Shown: positions 1-6,494 of the stretch, piece after piece
How the letters are laid out: each line of letters opens with the position of its first letter
How positions within the stretch are numbered: position 1 is the first letter of the stretch
NCBI GenBank assembly: GCA_020850015.1
Contig: JADZFF010000084.1
Coordinates: 1-23,235, forward strand
Reading direction: 5' to 3'
DNA from: Bdellovibrionales bacterium
GTDB lineage: Bacteria > Bdellovibrionota > UBA1018 > JADZFF01
DNA length: 23,235 nt
Position numbers and translations under genes: made by a program
The notes under the pieces: model-generated
Seen by the model: only the letters and a program-made list of their open reading frames with translations
Told to the model about the DNA's origin: nothing
The model's database searches: none

Positions 1-91
1 CCATGCGCCCGAGTCTGGTCCGCAATGGTGCGGGTCAGACGCTTAAGCCCACCCTCCGGGGTTGCCGAGACCTCGGAGGGAGCTTTCTTAA

Positions 92-126
92 GGCCCCGGT
101 TTCCGAAAGGAAGCCGGGGCCTTTTT
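92..126 (+). terminator. Intrinsic (rho-independent) terminator, presumably for a + strand gene ending at or before the window edge
   Basis: The 13-bp stem 92-104 GGCCCCGGTTTCC pairs with 109-121 GGAAGCCGGGGCC (12 Watson-Crick pairs plus 1 G-U). The loop is a GAAA tetraloop at 105-108, followed immediately by TTTTT at 122-126. The T-tract is present only in the + orientation. Confidence 0.6.
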
Positions 127-160
127 ACGTTCGTTCGCAGAGTGGGAGGGGTCTTCGCGT

Positions 161-240
161 TGTCCCCCCACGGCAGCGTCGGACTTCCTGTCCTACTCGC
201 TTGCGCCATCCTGGCGCTCGCATGCTGCGTTGGGGGGACA
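161..240. other. Nested inverted repeat / long imperfect hairpin inside a ~345-nt gap that has no credible ORF
   Basis: 161-170 TGTCCCCCCA is the exact reverse complement of 231-240 TGGGGGGACA. After a 2-nt mismatch the helix continues with 173-177 GCAGC / 224-228 GCTGC. An apical hairpin is formed by 203-208 GCGCCA / 212-217 TGGCGC with a 3-nt loop. Function and strand are unknown. Confidence 0.4.
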
Positions 241-417
241 GAGCCCTCCAAGAGGCATCAAGCCGCGAAGGACCAGGAGGGTCCGAAGCGGGTTTGTTGT
301 GGCCCACGGAAAGCGAGGCAGGAGCCGAGCTTCCGCCAGTCCTGTGGACTGTCCCGGAGGAGGATGCGGAGGGAAGGGCCCCCGCCTCCCCAGGCCCCAG
401 GCGGTCCCTTACCTCCC

Positions 418-445
418 TCAACTCCGGACGGGATTGTGCCGATCA
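418..445 (+). promoter_or_regulatory. Weak candidate FliA (sigma-28)-type promoter upstream of the FlaG-like gene
   Basis: GCCGATCA at 438-445 matches 7 of 8 positions of the established -10 consensus GCCGATAA. The upstream TCAACTCC (418-425) is a poor match to TAAAGTTT, and the spacer is 12 nt rather than 11. The site lies ~28 nt upstream of the GTG start at 473. This is suggestive only. Confidence 0.2.
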
Positions 446-472
446 GAGGGTTGAGACAGGGGGTCTGCCGCC

Positions 473-859
473 GTGAAGCTCACGCGGGTCGCCGAAAACA
501 TCCGAGTCCAGGAACGCGCGACGGCCGGCCGCGTGGTGCAGGAGCGCCCTGAAAAAGAGGGGTTCCAGCAGTTCGCCCAGGACCGCCAGCAGGATGACGC
601 AAGCCCGGACTCCAAGAAGGACAGACGCGAGCCTTCCCGTGAAGAGGTGGAGGACGCCATCCAGCATTTCGCCACGGAACGCCTCGCACGGGAGCGCGGC
701 TTCCAGGCCGACCTCGTCGGGTCGGGCCCCGGACTGAGGGTGGTCCTCAAAGACGGCACCGGCGCGGTGGTGCGCCAGTTCACGGGCGACGAGTTCGTGA
801 AGCTGAGGGAGTCCGTCGCTGCAGGCCCCTCGGGCGCCCTCCTGGACCGAAAGCTCTGA
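473..859 (+). CDS. flaG: FlaG-family flagellar protein-like (128 aa, GTG start)
   Basis: The C-terminal half LRVVLKDGTGAVVRQFTGDEFVKLRESV...GALLDRKL follows the FlaG pattern (L.F.VD...VVKV.D..TGEVIRQIP.EE.L.L....GLL.D.K). The N-terminal half is charged and low-complexity, as in FlaG proteins. The gene lies 19 nt upstream of the next gene. Confidence 0.55.
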   Translation: MKLTRVAENIRVQERATAGRVVQERPEKEGFQQFAQDRQQDDASPDSKKDRREPSREEVEDAIQHFATERLARERGFQADLVGSGPGLRVVLKDGTGAVVRQFTGDEFVKLRESVAAGPSGALLDRKL

Positions 860-877
860 TTCGCGTATCCCTGAGGG

Positions 878-1633
878 GTGCGCCTCTTCGTGCTTTCGGA
901 TCTCCACATCGAAGACGATCGCGACCCGACTCTCGCGGCGCTGATCCGCTTCCTCGATACCGAAGCGCGCCCGGGCGACACCGTCGTGCTCGCGGGCGAC
1001 ATCTTCGACCTCTTCGTCGGCGCGAAAGCCGTATTCCTCGCCCGTTACGCGGGACTCCTGAGCGGGCTCCGGAACGCGGGTGAACGCGGAGTCGTGCTTC
1101 ACTACATCGAAGGCAACCACGACTTCCACCTGCGGGGCGCCCTAACGGCCATCCCCGGGCTAACCCTTCACGATGCTGAAGTCCCGCTCGAGCTCGGCGG
1201 ACGCCGCTTCTACGTGGCCCACGGGGATCTCGTGGACCGGAAGGACACCGGCTACCTGGCGCTTCGGCTCTTCTTCCGAAGCCCCCTCATGAAGGCCTTC
1301 GTGGCCGCCGCTCCATCAGCATGGATCGAGCGGATCGGCGACTTCAGCCGCGACCGCAGCAAGGGGCGCAACGCGCGCCTGTCCACGCAGCTCCCGCTCG
1401 ACCGGCTCGAGCGCCTCCGGTTGGCCTACCGGAACTTCGCCTGCGAGAAGATGCGCGAGGGCTACGACCACATCATCCTTGGCCACTGCCACGACCTCGA
1501 CGAGAAGGCCTTCATCATCGACGGGCGAAGGGGGCAGTACATCAACATGGGTTACCCCAAGGTCCACAAGAGCATCCTGGCCTGGGAAGCGGGCGAGGAG
1601 CGCGTGAGCCGCGTCCCCTTCGCGGCGAACTAG
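878..1633 (+). CDS. lpxH: UDP-2,3-diacylglucosamine diphosphatase (LpxH-like calcineurin-type metallophosphoesterase)
   Basis: Metallophosphoesterase motifs appear in LpxH order: LSDLH (D-x-H), GDIFDLFVG, GNHDF, HGD, GHCH. Length (251 aa) and spacing are collinear with E. coli LpxH as I recall it. The start codon is GTG. Confidence 0.7.
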   Translation: MRLFVLSDLHIEDDRDPTLAALIRFLDTEARPGDTVVLAGDIFDLFVGAKAVFLARYAGLLSGLRNAGERGVVLHYIEGNHDFHLRGALTAIPGLTLHDAEVPLELGGRRFYVAHGDLVDRKDTGYLALRLFFRSPLMKAFVAAAPSAWIERIGDFSRDRSKGRNARLSTQLPLDRLERLRLAYRNFACEKMREGYDHIILGHCHDLDEKAFIIDGRRGQYINMGYPKVHKSILAWEAGEERVSRVPFAAN

Positions 1634-2538
1634 CGCGAGCCCGCTTCGCTTCGGTGATGCCCGGCCCGCTCGGGGTGCCAAGCCAGCTCCGCCAGCACGG
1701 CGAAGTGATCGGAGAGGTGGCGGCCCGCCACGGTCTCGTCGAAAGCTAGCTGAGTCGCCAGCACCTCGAGCCGGCCGCGGGAACCTGAGTCGCCCATCCA
1801 GATGTAGTCGAACCGGACCGACCCCTTCCGTCCGGGGATGTTGGAGTTGCGCGCGGGATTCCAGGAGTAGCCGTCGCGCGCGGCGGGGGGCAATGCCGGG
1901 TTCTGCTCCACGAACTCCCCATGCGCGTCCCGAAGCCCCGCCCAGCCCGAGAGGAAGGCGTGCGAATCCGAGCCTGGCTCGGTGTTAAAATCCCCGAGCA
2001 GGAGCAGCGGGCTTCCATCCGACCGCTCGGCGATGAACTCCCAAAGCTCCTGCGCCTGGAGCAGGCGGATGCGCTCGTTCCCGGAATGCGCGTTCAGGTG
2101 CGTGACGAACACGTCCACCGTTTCCCCATCGGGGACCCGCACCCGCGCGTGCAACATCCCCTTCGGAGTGAAACAGTCGTTCCACGAACACCTGGCGTAG
2201 GCGCGCCAAGCCGAGGCAACGATCGGCCAACGCGAAAGCACGAGCAGCCCGTCTCCGCCCAGGGGCCCCTTCCGGTTGCCCCGGGCCAGGTGAGGATAGG
2301 CCGGAATCCGCTCCAGAAGCGCCGTGCTCGGGTCGAAGGCTTCCTGGATCCCGATGATGTCCGCGCCCGTGGCTTCGATGCGCTCGGCGATCCTTGGAAT
2401 CCGGGAGGGCCGGATCAAGAAGGGGCTCTTGAGCCCCCAGATGTTAAAGGTCAGAACCCGGAGCTCGCGGGCCTCCACTGGCGCCGCCACTGCGCACCCC
2501 AAACCCAGAATCACGCCCCAAAGCCTGGCGAGCTTCAT
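1630..2538 (-). CDS. Secreted endonuclease/exonuclease/phosphatase (EEP) family protein, sphingomyelinase/phosphodiesterase-like
   Basis: EEP motifs are present: LRVLTFNIWG, IGIQEAF, LLLGDFNTEP, and SDHFAV near the C-terminus. I prefer the start at internal Met15 (MKLARLWGVILGLGCAVAAPVEA), which gives a classical signal peptide. The longest ORF extends to 2580. Confidence 0.8.
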   Translation of the reverse strand: MKLARLWGVILGLGCAVAAPVEARELRVLTFNIWGLKSPFLIRPSRIPRIAERIEATGADIIGIQEAFDPSTALLERIPAYPHLARGNRKGPLGGDGLLVLSRWPIVASAWRAYARCSWNDCFTPKGMLHARVRVPDGETVDVFVTHLNAHSGNERIRLLQAQELWEFIAERSDGSPLLLLGDFNTEPGSDSHAFLSGWAGLRDAHGEFVEQNPALPPAARDGYSWNPARNSNIPGRKGSVRFDYIWMGDSGSRGRLEVLATQLAFDETVAGRHLSDHFAVLAELAWHPERAGHHRSEAGSR

Positions 2539-2651
2539 CCTCCGTCCCTTCCCCATCAGCGAGCTTACCCATTGTAGCAAAAGGAAAAAATAGCCCTAGT
2601 CGGAAACCTTGTCTTTAGAGTCCGACCGTATTACTCAGAACTTGGGCGAGG

Positions 2652-3704
2652 ATGCCGCACCCAGCGGTAGAAGCGGAGCCCTGTCCCGTGAAAACGCTCC
2701 CCGCCCTCCTTGCCGGAATCGCCCTGCTGGCAACCCTGCCTCGGGCCTCTTCTGCCAGCGAGTCAGACCAATATTTCGCCTGGATCGAGGGCGTGGCCGA
2801 ATCTGGCCAGGCCCTCGACGAGCGTCTCCGCACCGTGATCCGCCGTAGTTTGCGAGGGATCAATCAGCGCACGATCCTGGGGCCGCGATCCTGCGAAGAG
2901 GTGGCGCTCAGAATCGCCACCGACCTGGGCAACGAGGCGGGCGCGATGGAGTTCCTTCCCGGTTCATTGGGAAATCTCCCCACCCAGCCAGGAACCCCCT
3001 GGGAGCACGCCCGGTACCGCCGGGTGAGCTACCTTGGCCCAATCCAATTCCGTGACTTCACGCTCATGCTCGCCTCCGCACCCACTCTGCGCGCCCACGG
3101 CGTGCTCTTCGGGATCGACAAGCTTCAGCACCTCTTCTCGACGGGCGCCATAGTCTACCGGAAATACCTCCGAGCGAGGGAAAGGGGCAGTTCTCCCGAG
3201 CATGCAGCCGCGGCTGCCGCGGATTTCGCGATCTGGACCGAGAACCACACCCTCGGCTACAGGAGCGATGGCGTGTTCTCCTTCGCCGACATCCACGCCG
3301 ACCTGATCGGGCTTCGTCTCCTGCGAAGCTGGTGCGAGGGCAACGAACCGGGGCTCGTCGAGGACCCCTTCGCCGGCTGGATCCTCAGCCGAGGGTTCAC
3401 GCTCGCGGGACTGCTGAGCCCCTACCTCGACGAGGCCTTCAACCCCTCCGTGCGGAGGCCGGCCTACTATGCCTTCACGCGCAATAGGGTGCGCGCCCAC
3501 TACTGCGCCCCGCTCCTGGGCGAAGCCTTGGACTCGATCCGGAGCGGTTACGAAGCTCGCCTTTCCCCACCGGATCTTGTGATCGAGGAAAGAATCGCGC
3601 GCGCGATCCGGGAAGGCGACGCGCCCGACCCCGGCCCTTACCGGTTGGAGAGCCTTTGCGCCGAGGAGCCCCACAAGGTCAGCCACCATCCTGCCGGGCG
3701 CTGA
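2652..3704 (+). CDS. Hypothetical secreted protein, no family recognised
   Basis: This is a 350-aa ORF with non-biased, protein-like composition. An N-terminal hydrophobic stretch KTLPALLAGIALLATLPRASSA looks like a signal peptide. A GTG at 2688 with GGAG 9 nt upstream is an alternative start. No catalytic motif was recognised. Confidence 0.55.
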   Translation: MPHPAVEAEPCPVKTLPALLAGIALLATLPRASSASESDQYFAWIEGVAESGQALDERLRTVIRRSLRGINQRTILGPRSCEEVALRIATDLGNEAGAMEFLPGSLGNLPTQPGTPWEHARYRRVSYLGPIQFRDFTLMLASAPTLRAHGVLFGIDKLQHLFSTGAIVYRKYLRARERGSSPEHAAAAAADFAIWTENHTLGYRSDGVFSFADIHADLIGLRLLRSWCEGNEPGLVEDPFAGWILSRGFTLAGLLSPYLDEAFNPSVRRPAYYAFTRNRVRAHYCAPLLGEALDSIRSGYEARLSPPDLVIEERIARAIREGDAPDPGPYRLESLCAEEPHKVSHHPAGR

Positions 3705-3816
3705 GCGGGAGGGTCGCCGCCGACACTCTTCTCGCATCAGGGAGGGTGATATCCTGAACACGTCTCCTCACGGAGCGGGCGCGGCTTCCTGATCTCGGCA
3801 AGACCCGGAGGTTCCC

Positions 3817-4374
3817 ATGTCCACTGCTCCCGTGATGAAACCACAGTCCTATCCGGCTCCGCAGCAGCGGCCTCCGCTCGGTCTCGTGCCCCAGCCCGCG
3901 GCCCTGCAACCCGCCGGGTTCTGGGAGCGCTTCGCCGCGGCTTTCATCGACGGCCTCATCATCACGGCCGTTCAGGCCCCGTTCCAGTACCTGATGGACA
4001 GCTCGGTGGCCGTTGCCCAGCGGGAGATGGAAAGCGGCGACCCGGAACGCGTGCAACAGGCCACGATGATGCTTCTGGTGCTCGCGATCGGCAAGATCGG
4101 CCTCGTGGCCGTGCTCACCTTCGCCTACTACGGCCTCTTCTACCGCTCCAAGGGCGCCACGCCGGGGAAGCTGGCGCTGGGTCTGCGCGTGATCGACATG
4201 CGCCGGCAGGAGTACCCAGGGCTCGGGGCGACCTTCCTTCGAGAGTTCGTCGGCAAGACGCTCTCGGCGATCTTCTTCATGATCGGTTACCTCATGGCGG
4301 GCTTCCGCTCGGACAAGCGCGCCATGCACGACCTGATGGCGGGCACGCAGGTGATCCGCAAGCCGCGGGCCTGA
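3817..4374 (+). CDS. RDD family membrane protein
   Basis: AGFWERFAAAFIDGLII opens the RDD domain. It is followed by TM segments, TPGKLALGLRVID and the terminal HDLMAGTQVI. A GGAGG sequence lies 5 nt upstream of the ATG. Confidence 0.8.
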   Translation: MSTAPVMKPQSYPAPQQRPPLGLVPQPAALQPAGFWERFAAAFIDGLIITAVQAPFQYLMDSSVAVAQREMESGDPERVQQATMMLLVLAIGKIGLVAVLTFAYYGLFYRSKGATPGKLALGLRVIDMRRQEYPGLGATFLREFVGKTLSAIFFMIGYLMAGFRSDKRAMHDLMAGTQVIRKPRA

Positions 4375-5160
4375 TCACTCCGCGGCGGGCATGGCGGCGG
4401 GGTCGCGGGCGCCGTCCCAGGGGATGGTGTCCGTGGCCGGCTCCAGGATCCTGAGCACCACGCGGCGGTTCCGCATCGTGGCGTTCGAATCCACCTTGCC
4501 GTCGTTCAGCCGCTCCGGGACCCAGGGCCTCGTGTCGCCATACCCGATCGCCAGAAGGTTTTCCGGATCGAATCCACGCTCCACGAAGAGACGTACCACG
4601 CGAGAGGCGCGCGCGGCGCTGAGCTCCCAGTTCGTGGGGTAAGGGCCGCTCAACACGGGCCTGCCGTCGGTGTGGCCCTCCACGACGATCCGGAATTTTT
4701 TCATCTCCATGTACTGGCGCTCGCTCAGGGCGTCCATGATCGAGCGCAGGACCGACCGGCCTTGCTCCGTGACGTTGGCGCTCAGCGTGTCGAAAAACAG
4801 CGTGCTGTGGAAGACCATGGCCACGCCCTCTGGCTCCGAATAGATCACGACGTCCTTCTCGACCCCGTTGCTCTCGACGAGTTGGGTAACAAACCGCGCG
4901 GTCTCCGCGCTCTCGCTCTTGTAGTCGCCGCCGAAGGCCTGGGCCACGGACTCGCGCACGGGCTCGAATTTCCGCTTGTCCAGCGTGGACATGCTGAACA
5001 TCATGATGAAGAAGCCGCAGAGAAGGGTCATCATGTCGGCATAGGAAACGAGCCAGTTCGACTCGTCGTCCGCCGCCTTCTTGGGCGGCTCCTGGCCCTT
5101 GCGGGCCTGGAGATCGTCCTGGATCGCCTGGGCTTTTTTCAGGAAGGAACTGATCGCCAT
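4375..5160 (-). CDS. motB: Flagellar-type stator subunit MotB (OmpA-like peptidoglycan-binding C-terminus)
   Basis: The N-terminal plug/TM region WLVSYADMMTLLCGFFIMMF carries the conserved channel Asp (D42, 5035-5037). The C-terminal OmpA-like domain reads RIVVEGHTDGRP...NWELSAARASRVVRLFVERG...AIGYGDTRP. Confidence 0.85.
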   Translation of the reverse strand: MAISSFLKKAQAIQDDLQARKGQEPPKKAADDESNWLVSYADMMTLLCGFFIMMFSMSTLDKRKFEPVRESVAQAFGGDYKSESAETARFVTQLVESNGVEKDVVIYSEPEGVAMVFHSTLFFDTLSANVTEQGRSVLRSIMDALSERQYMEMKKFRIVVEGHTDGRPVLSGPYPTNWELSAARASRVVRLFVERGFDPENLLAIGYGDTRPWVPERLNDGKVDSNATMRNRRVVLRILEPATDTIPWDGARDPAAMPAAE

Positions 5161-5182
5161 GAGCCCTCCCGCGCGCAGAGGC

Positions 5183-5968
5183 CTAGGCGGCCTTGCGCAC
5201 CACCCTGTCTTTCGGCAGCACGAACGAGTTGAGCGTCTCGCGCATGCTGATCGGGTTGGTCTGGGACCTCAGCATCACGCAGCCCTCCACCACCATCCGG
5301 CGCAGCGCCACCTCCTCCTCCGTCCGCACGGTGAGGTTCTCCGCAATCGGGAGAAACACGAAGTTCGCGATCGCGATCCCGTAGAGCGTGCCCACGAGAC
5401 CGATCGACATCGCCGGACCGATCATGGCCTCAGCGCCCGGTTTCCCGAGCTGCTGAAGAAGCGCGATCATTCCAAGAGTCGTGGCCAGAAGCCCGAACGC
5501 CGGCGGGAATTTACCGATCGCGCGGAACATGTTGGCCTCGTACATGTAGCGGTGCTCCACGGTCTTGATCCTCTGCTCAAGCGCGTCGCGGATCTCGCGC
5601 TCCGAAAGCACCCCGCCGGCCACGAGCGATACGGCCTCTCGGAGGAAAGGGTGCCTAATGCCGGGCAGCATGTCGTTCAGCGCCGTCACGCCGCCGATCG
5701 AGGCTTTCTTGTTGAGATCCAGGATCTGCTCGATCACCTGGTGATACTCGTTCCTGTGCGTGCCCAGAACCCTCAGAAAAAACACTTTCAAGAGGGCGAC
5801 CAGCTTCGAAACCGGGAACATGATCGACGCCGCGGCCATCGTGCCCCCGCAGACGATCACGACGCCGTGGAAGTTCAGGAAGAACTTGGCATCCATTCCA
5901 CTCTCGTGGATCGATGCGCCCACGATCCCGAGCCCAAGCAATACTCCGAAGAAGGACGAAAAATTCAT
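5183..5968 (-). CDS. motA: Flagellar-type stator subunit MotA/PomA (MotA/TolQ/ExbB proton-channel family)
   Basis: The 261-aa protein has two N-terminal TM helices, a long cytoplasmic loop, then FPPAFGLLATTLGMIALL and GPAMSIGLVGTLYGIAIANFVFLPIA (the conserved Pro-containing TM3/TM4). It sits directly upstream of motB with a 22-nt gap. Confidence 0.85.
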   Translation of the reverse strand: MNFSSFFGVLLGLGIVGASIHESGMDAKFFLNFHGVVIVCGGTMAAASIMFPVSKLVALLKVFFLRVLGTHRNEYHQVIEQILDLNKKASIGGVTALNDMLPGIRHPFLREAVSLVAGGVLSEREIRDALEQRIKTVEHRYMYEANMFRAIGKFPPAFGLLATTLGMIALLQQLGKPGAEAMIGPAMSIGLVGTLYGIAIANFVFLPIAENLTVRTEEEVALRRMVVEGCVMLRSQTNPISMRETLNSFVLPKDRVVRKAA

Positions 5969-5969
5969 A

Positions 5970-6494
5970 TCAGGCCGACTCCTTACGGCTCCGCATGCGG
6001 TCCACGGCGGTCTGCCAGAGCTGGTACTGACTCACGACGTAACTTCCGTCCAGCTCCCTCAGACGCATCACCAGATCCTTCACGCAACTCTCGTAGAAGC
6101 GCACCTTCCGATCTCCAGACTCGTTGAGAAAGTGCTTGAACGCCTCCTTCGAAATGAAGAAGGTCCTGCACCTGGACTTCGCCCGAACAGTCGCGGAACG
6201 CGGCTGGTCGTCCACGAGCGACATCTCCCCGAAGTAGCTTCCCGCCGCAAGCTCCCCCACATCGTAGATCTCCTCGGTGCTCGGGTTCTTCTTGAAAACA
6301 CCCACCGCCCCCTCGGCGATGAGGAAAAGGCCCCAGGAAAACTCGCCCTCGACCACGACGTTCGAATAGGCCTCGAAGTCCCTGGCATTTCCGAGCTTGA
6401 GGAGCGCATCAAGCTCGGGGTTCGTGAACGGTGCGAAAAGCTTGATCTCGCGGAGCCACTGCACAGAGGGTTGCGTGAAGTTCGGGTCTACCAT
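5970..6494 (-). CDS. Stand-alone cyclic-nucleotide-binding (CAP/CRP-effector-type) domain protein, no recognisable HTH
   Basis: The canonical phosphate-binding cassette FGEMSLVDDQPRSATVRA (6186-6233) retains the conserved Glu and Arg. It is preceded by the beta-roll segment GEFSWGLFLIAEGAVGVF. At 174 aa the protein is too short for a CRP-type DNA-binding domain. Its start overlaps the upstream stop (ATGGTAG), and its stop is 1 nt from the motA ATG. Confidence 0.85.
   Translation of the reverse strand: MVDPNFTQPSVQWLREIKLFAPFTNPELDALLKLGNARDFEAYSNVVVEGEFSWGLFLIAEGAVGVFKKNPSTEEIYDVGELAAGSYFGEMSLVDDQPRSATVRAKSRCRTFFISKEAFKHFLNESGDRKVRFYESCVKDLVMRLRELDGSYVVSQYQLWQTAVDRMRSRKESA

Noticed and set aside
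171-300. Possible RNase P RNA. The minus strand reads AGGACAGGAAGTCCGACGC, faintly like the P4 motif GAGGAAAGUCCGGGC, and ACAACAAACCCGCTTCGG, faintly like ACAGAACCCGGCUUA.
   Set aside because: The two motifs occur in the wrong 5'-3' order for RNase P, and the matches are imperfect. Other universally conserved RNase P segments are absent, and the region is too short. I also saw no tmRNA or SRP RNA signatures.
3-552. ORFs 3..476, 25..552, 125..421 and 230..454 at the window start
   Set aside because: None has a recognisable domain, RBS or coding-like composition. They run straight through a strong terminator hairpin (92-126) and nested inverted repeats, so I treat the region as non-coding.
4375-5968. 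Interpreting the MotA/MotB pair as Tol-Pal, ExbBD or a Zorya (ZorAB) defence motor
   Set aside because: The B subunit has the MotB plug/TM motif plus an OmpA-like peptidoglycan-binding domain. The A subunit is of ordinary MotA/PomA length with no long ZorA-type tail. No tolA/tolB/pal, tonB or zorC/zorD-like genes are adjacent, and the linked partner is FliG-like.
5081-6127. 348-aa + strand ORF overlapping motA and the CNB gene
   Set aside because: It is a shadow ORF opposite motif-bearing genes. The composition is dominated by R/H/P/D runs with no hydrophobic core pattern.
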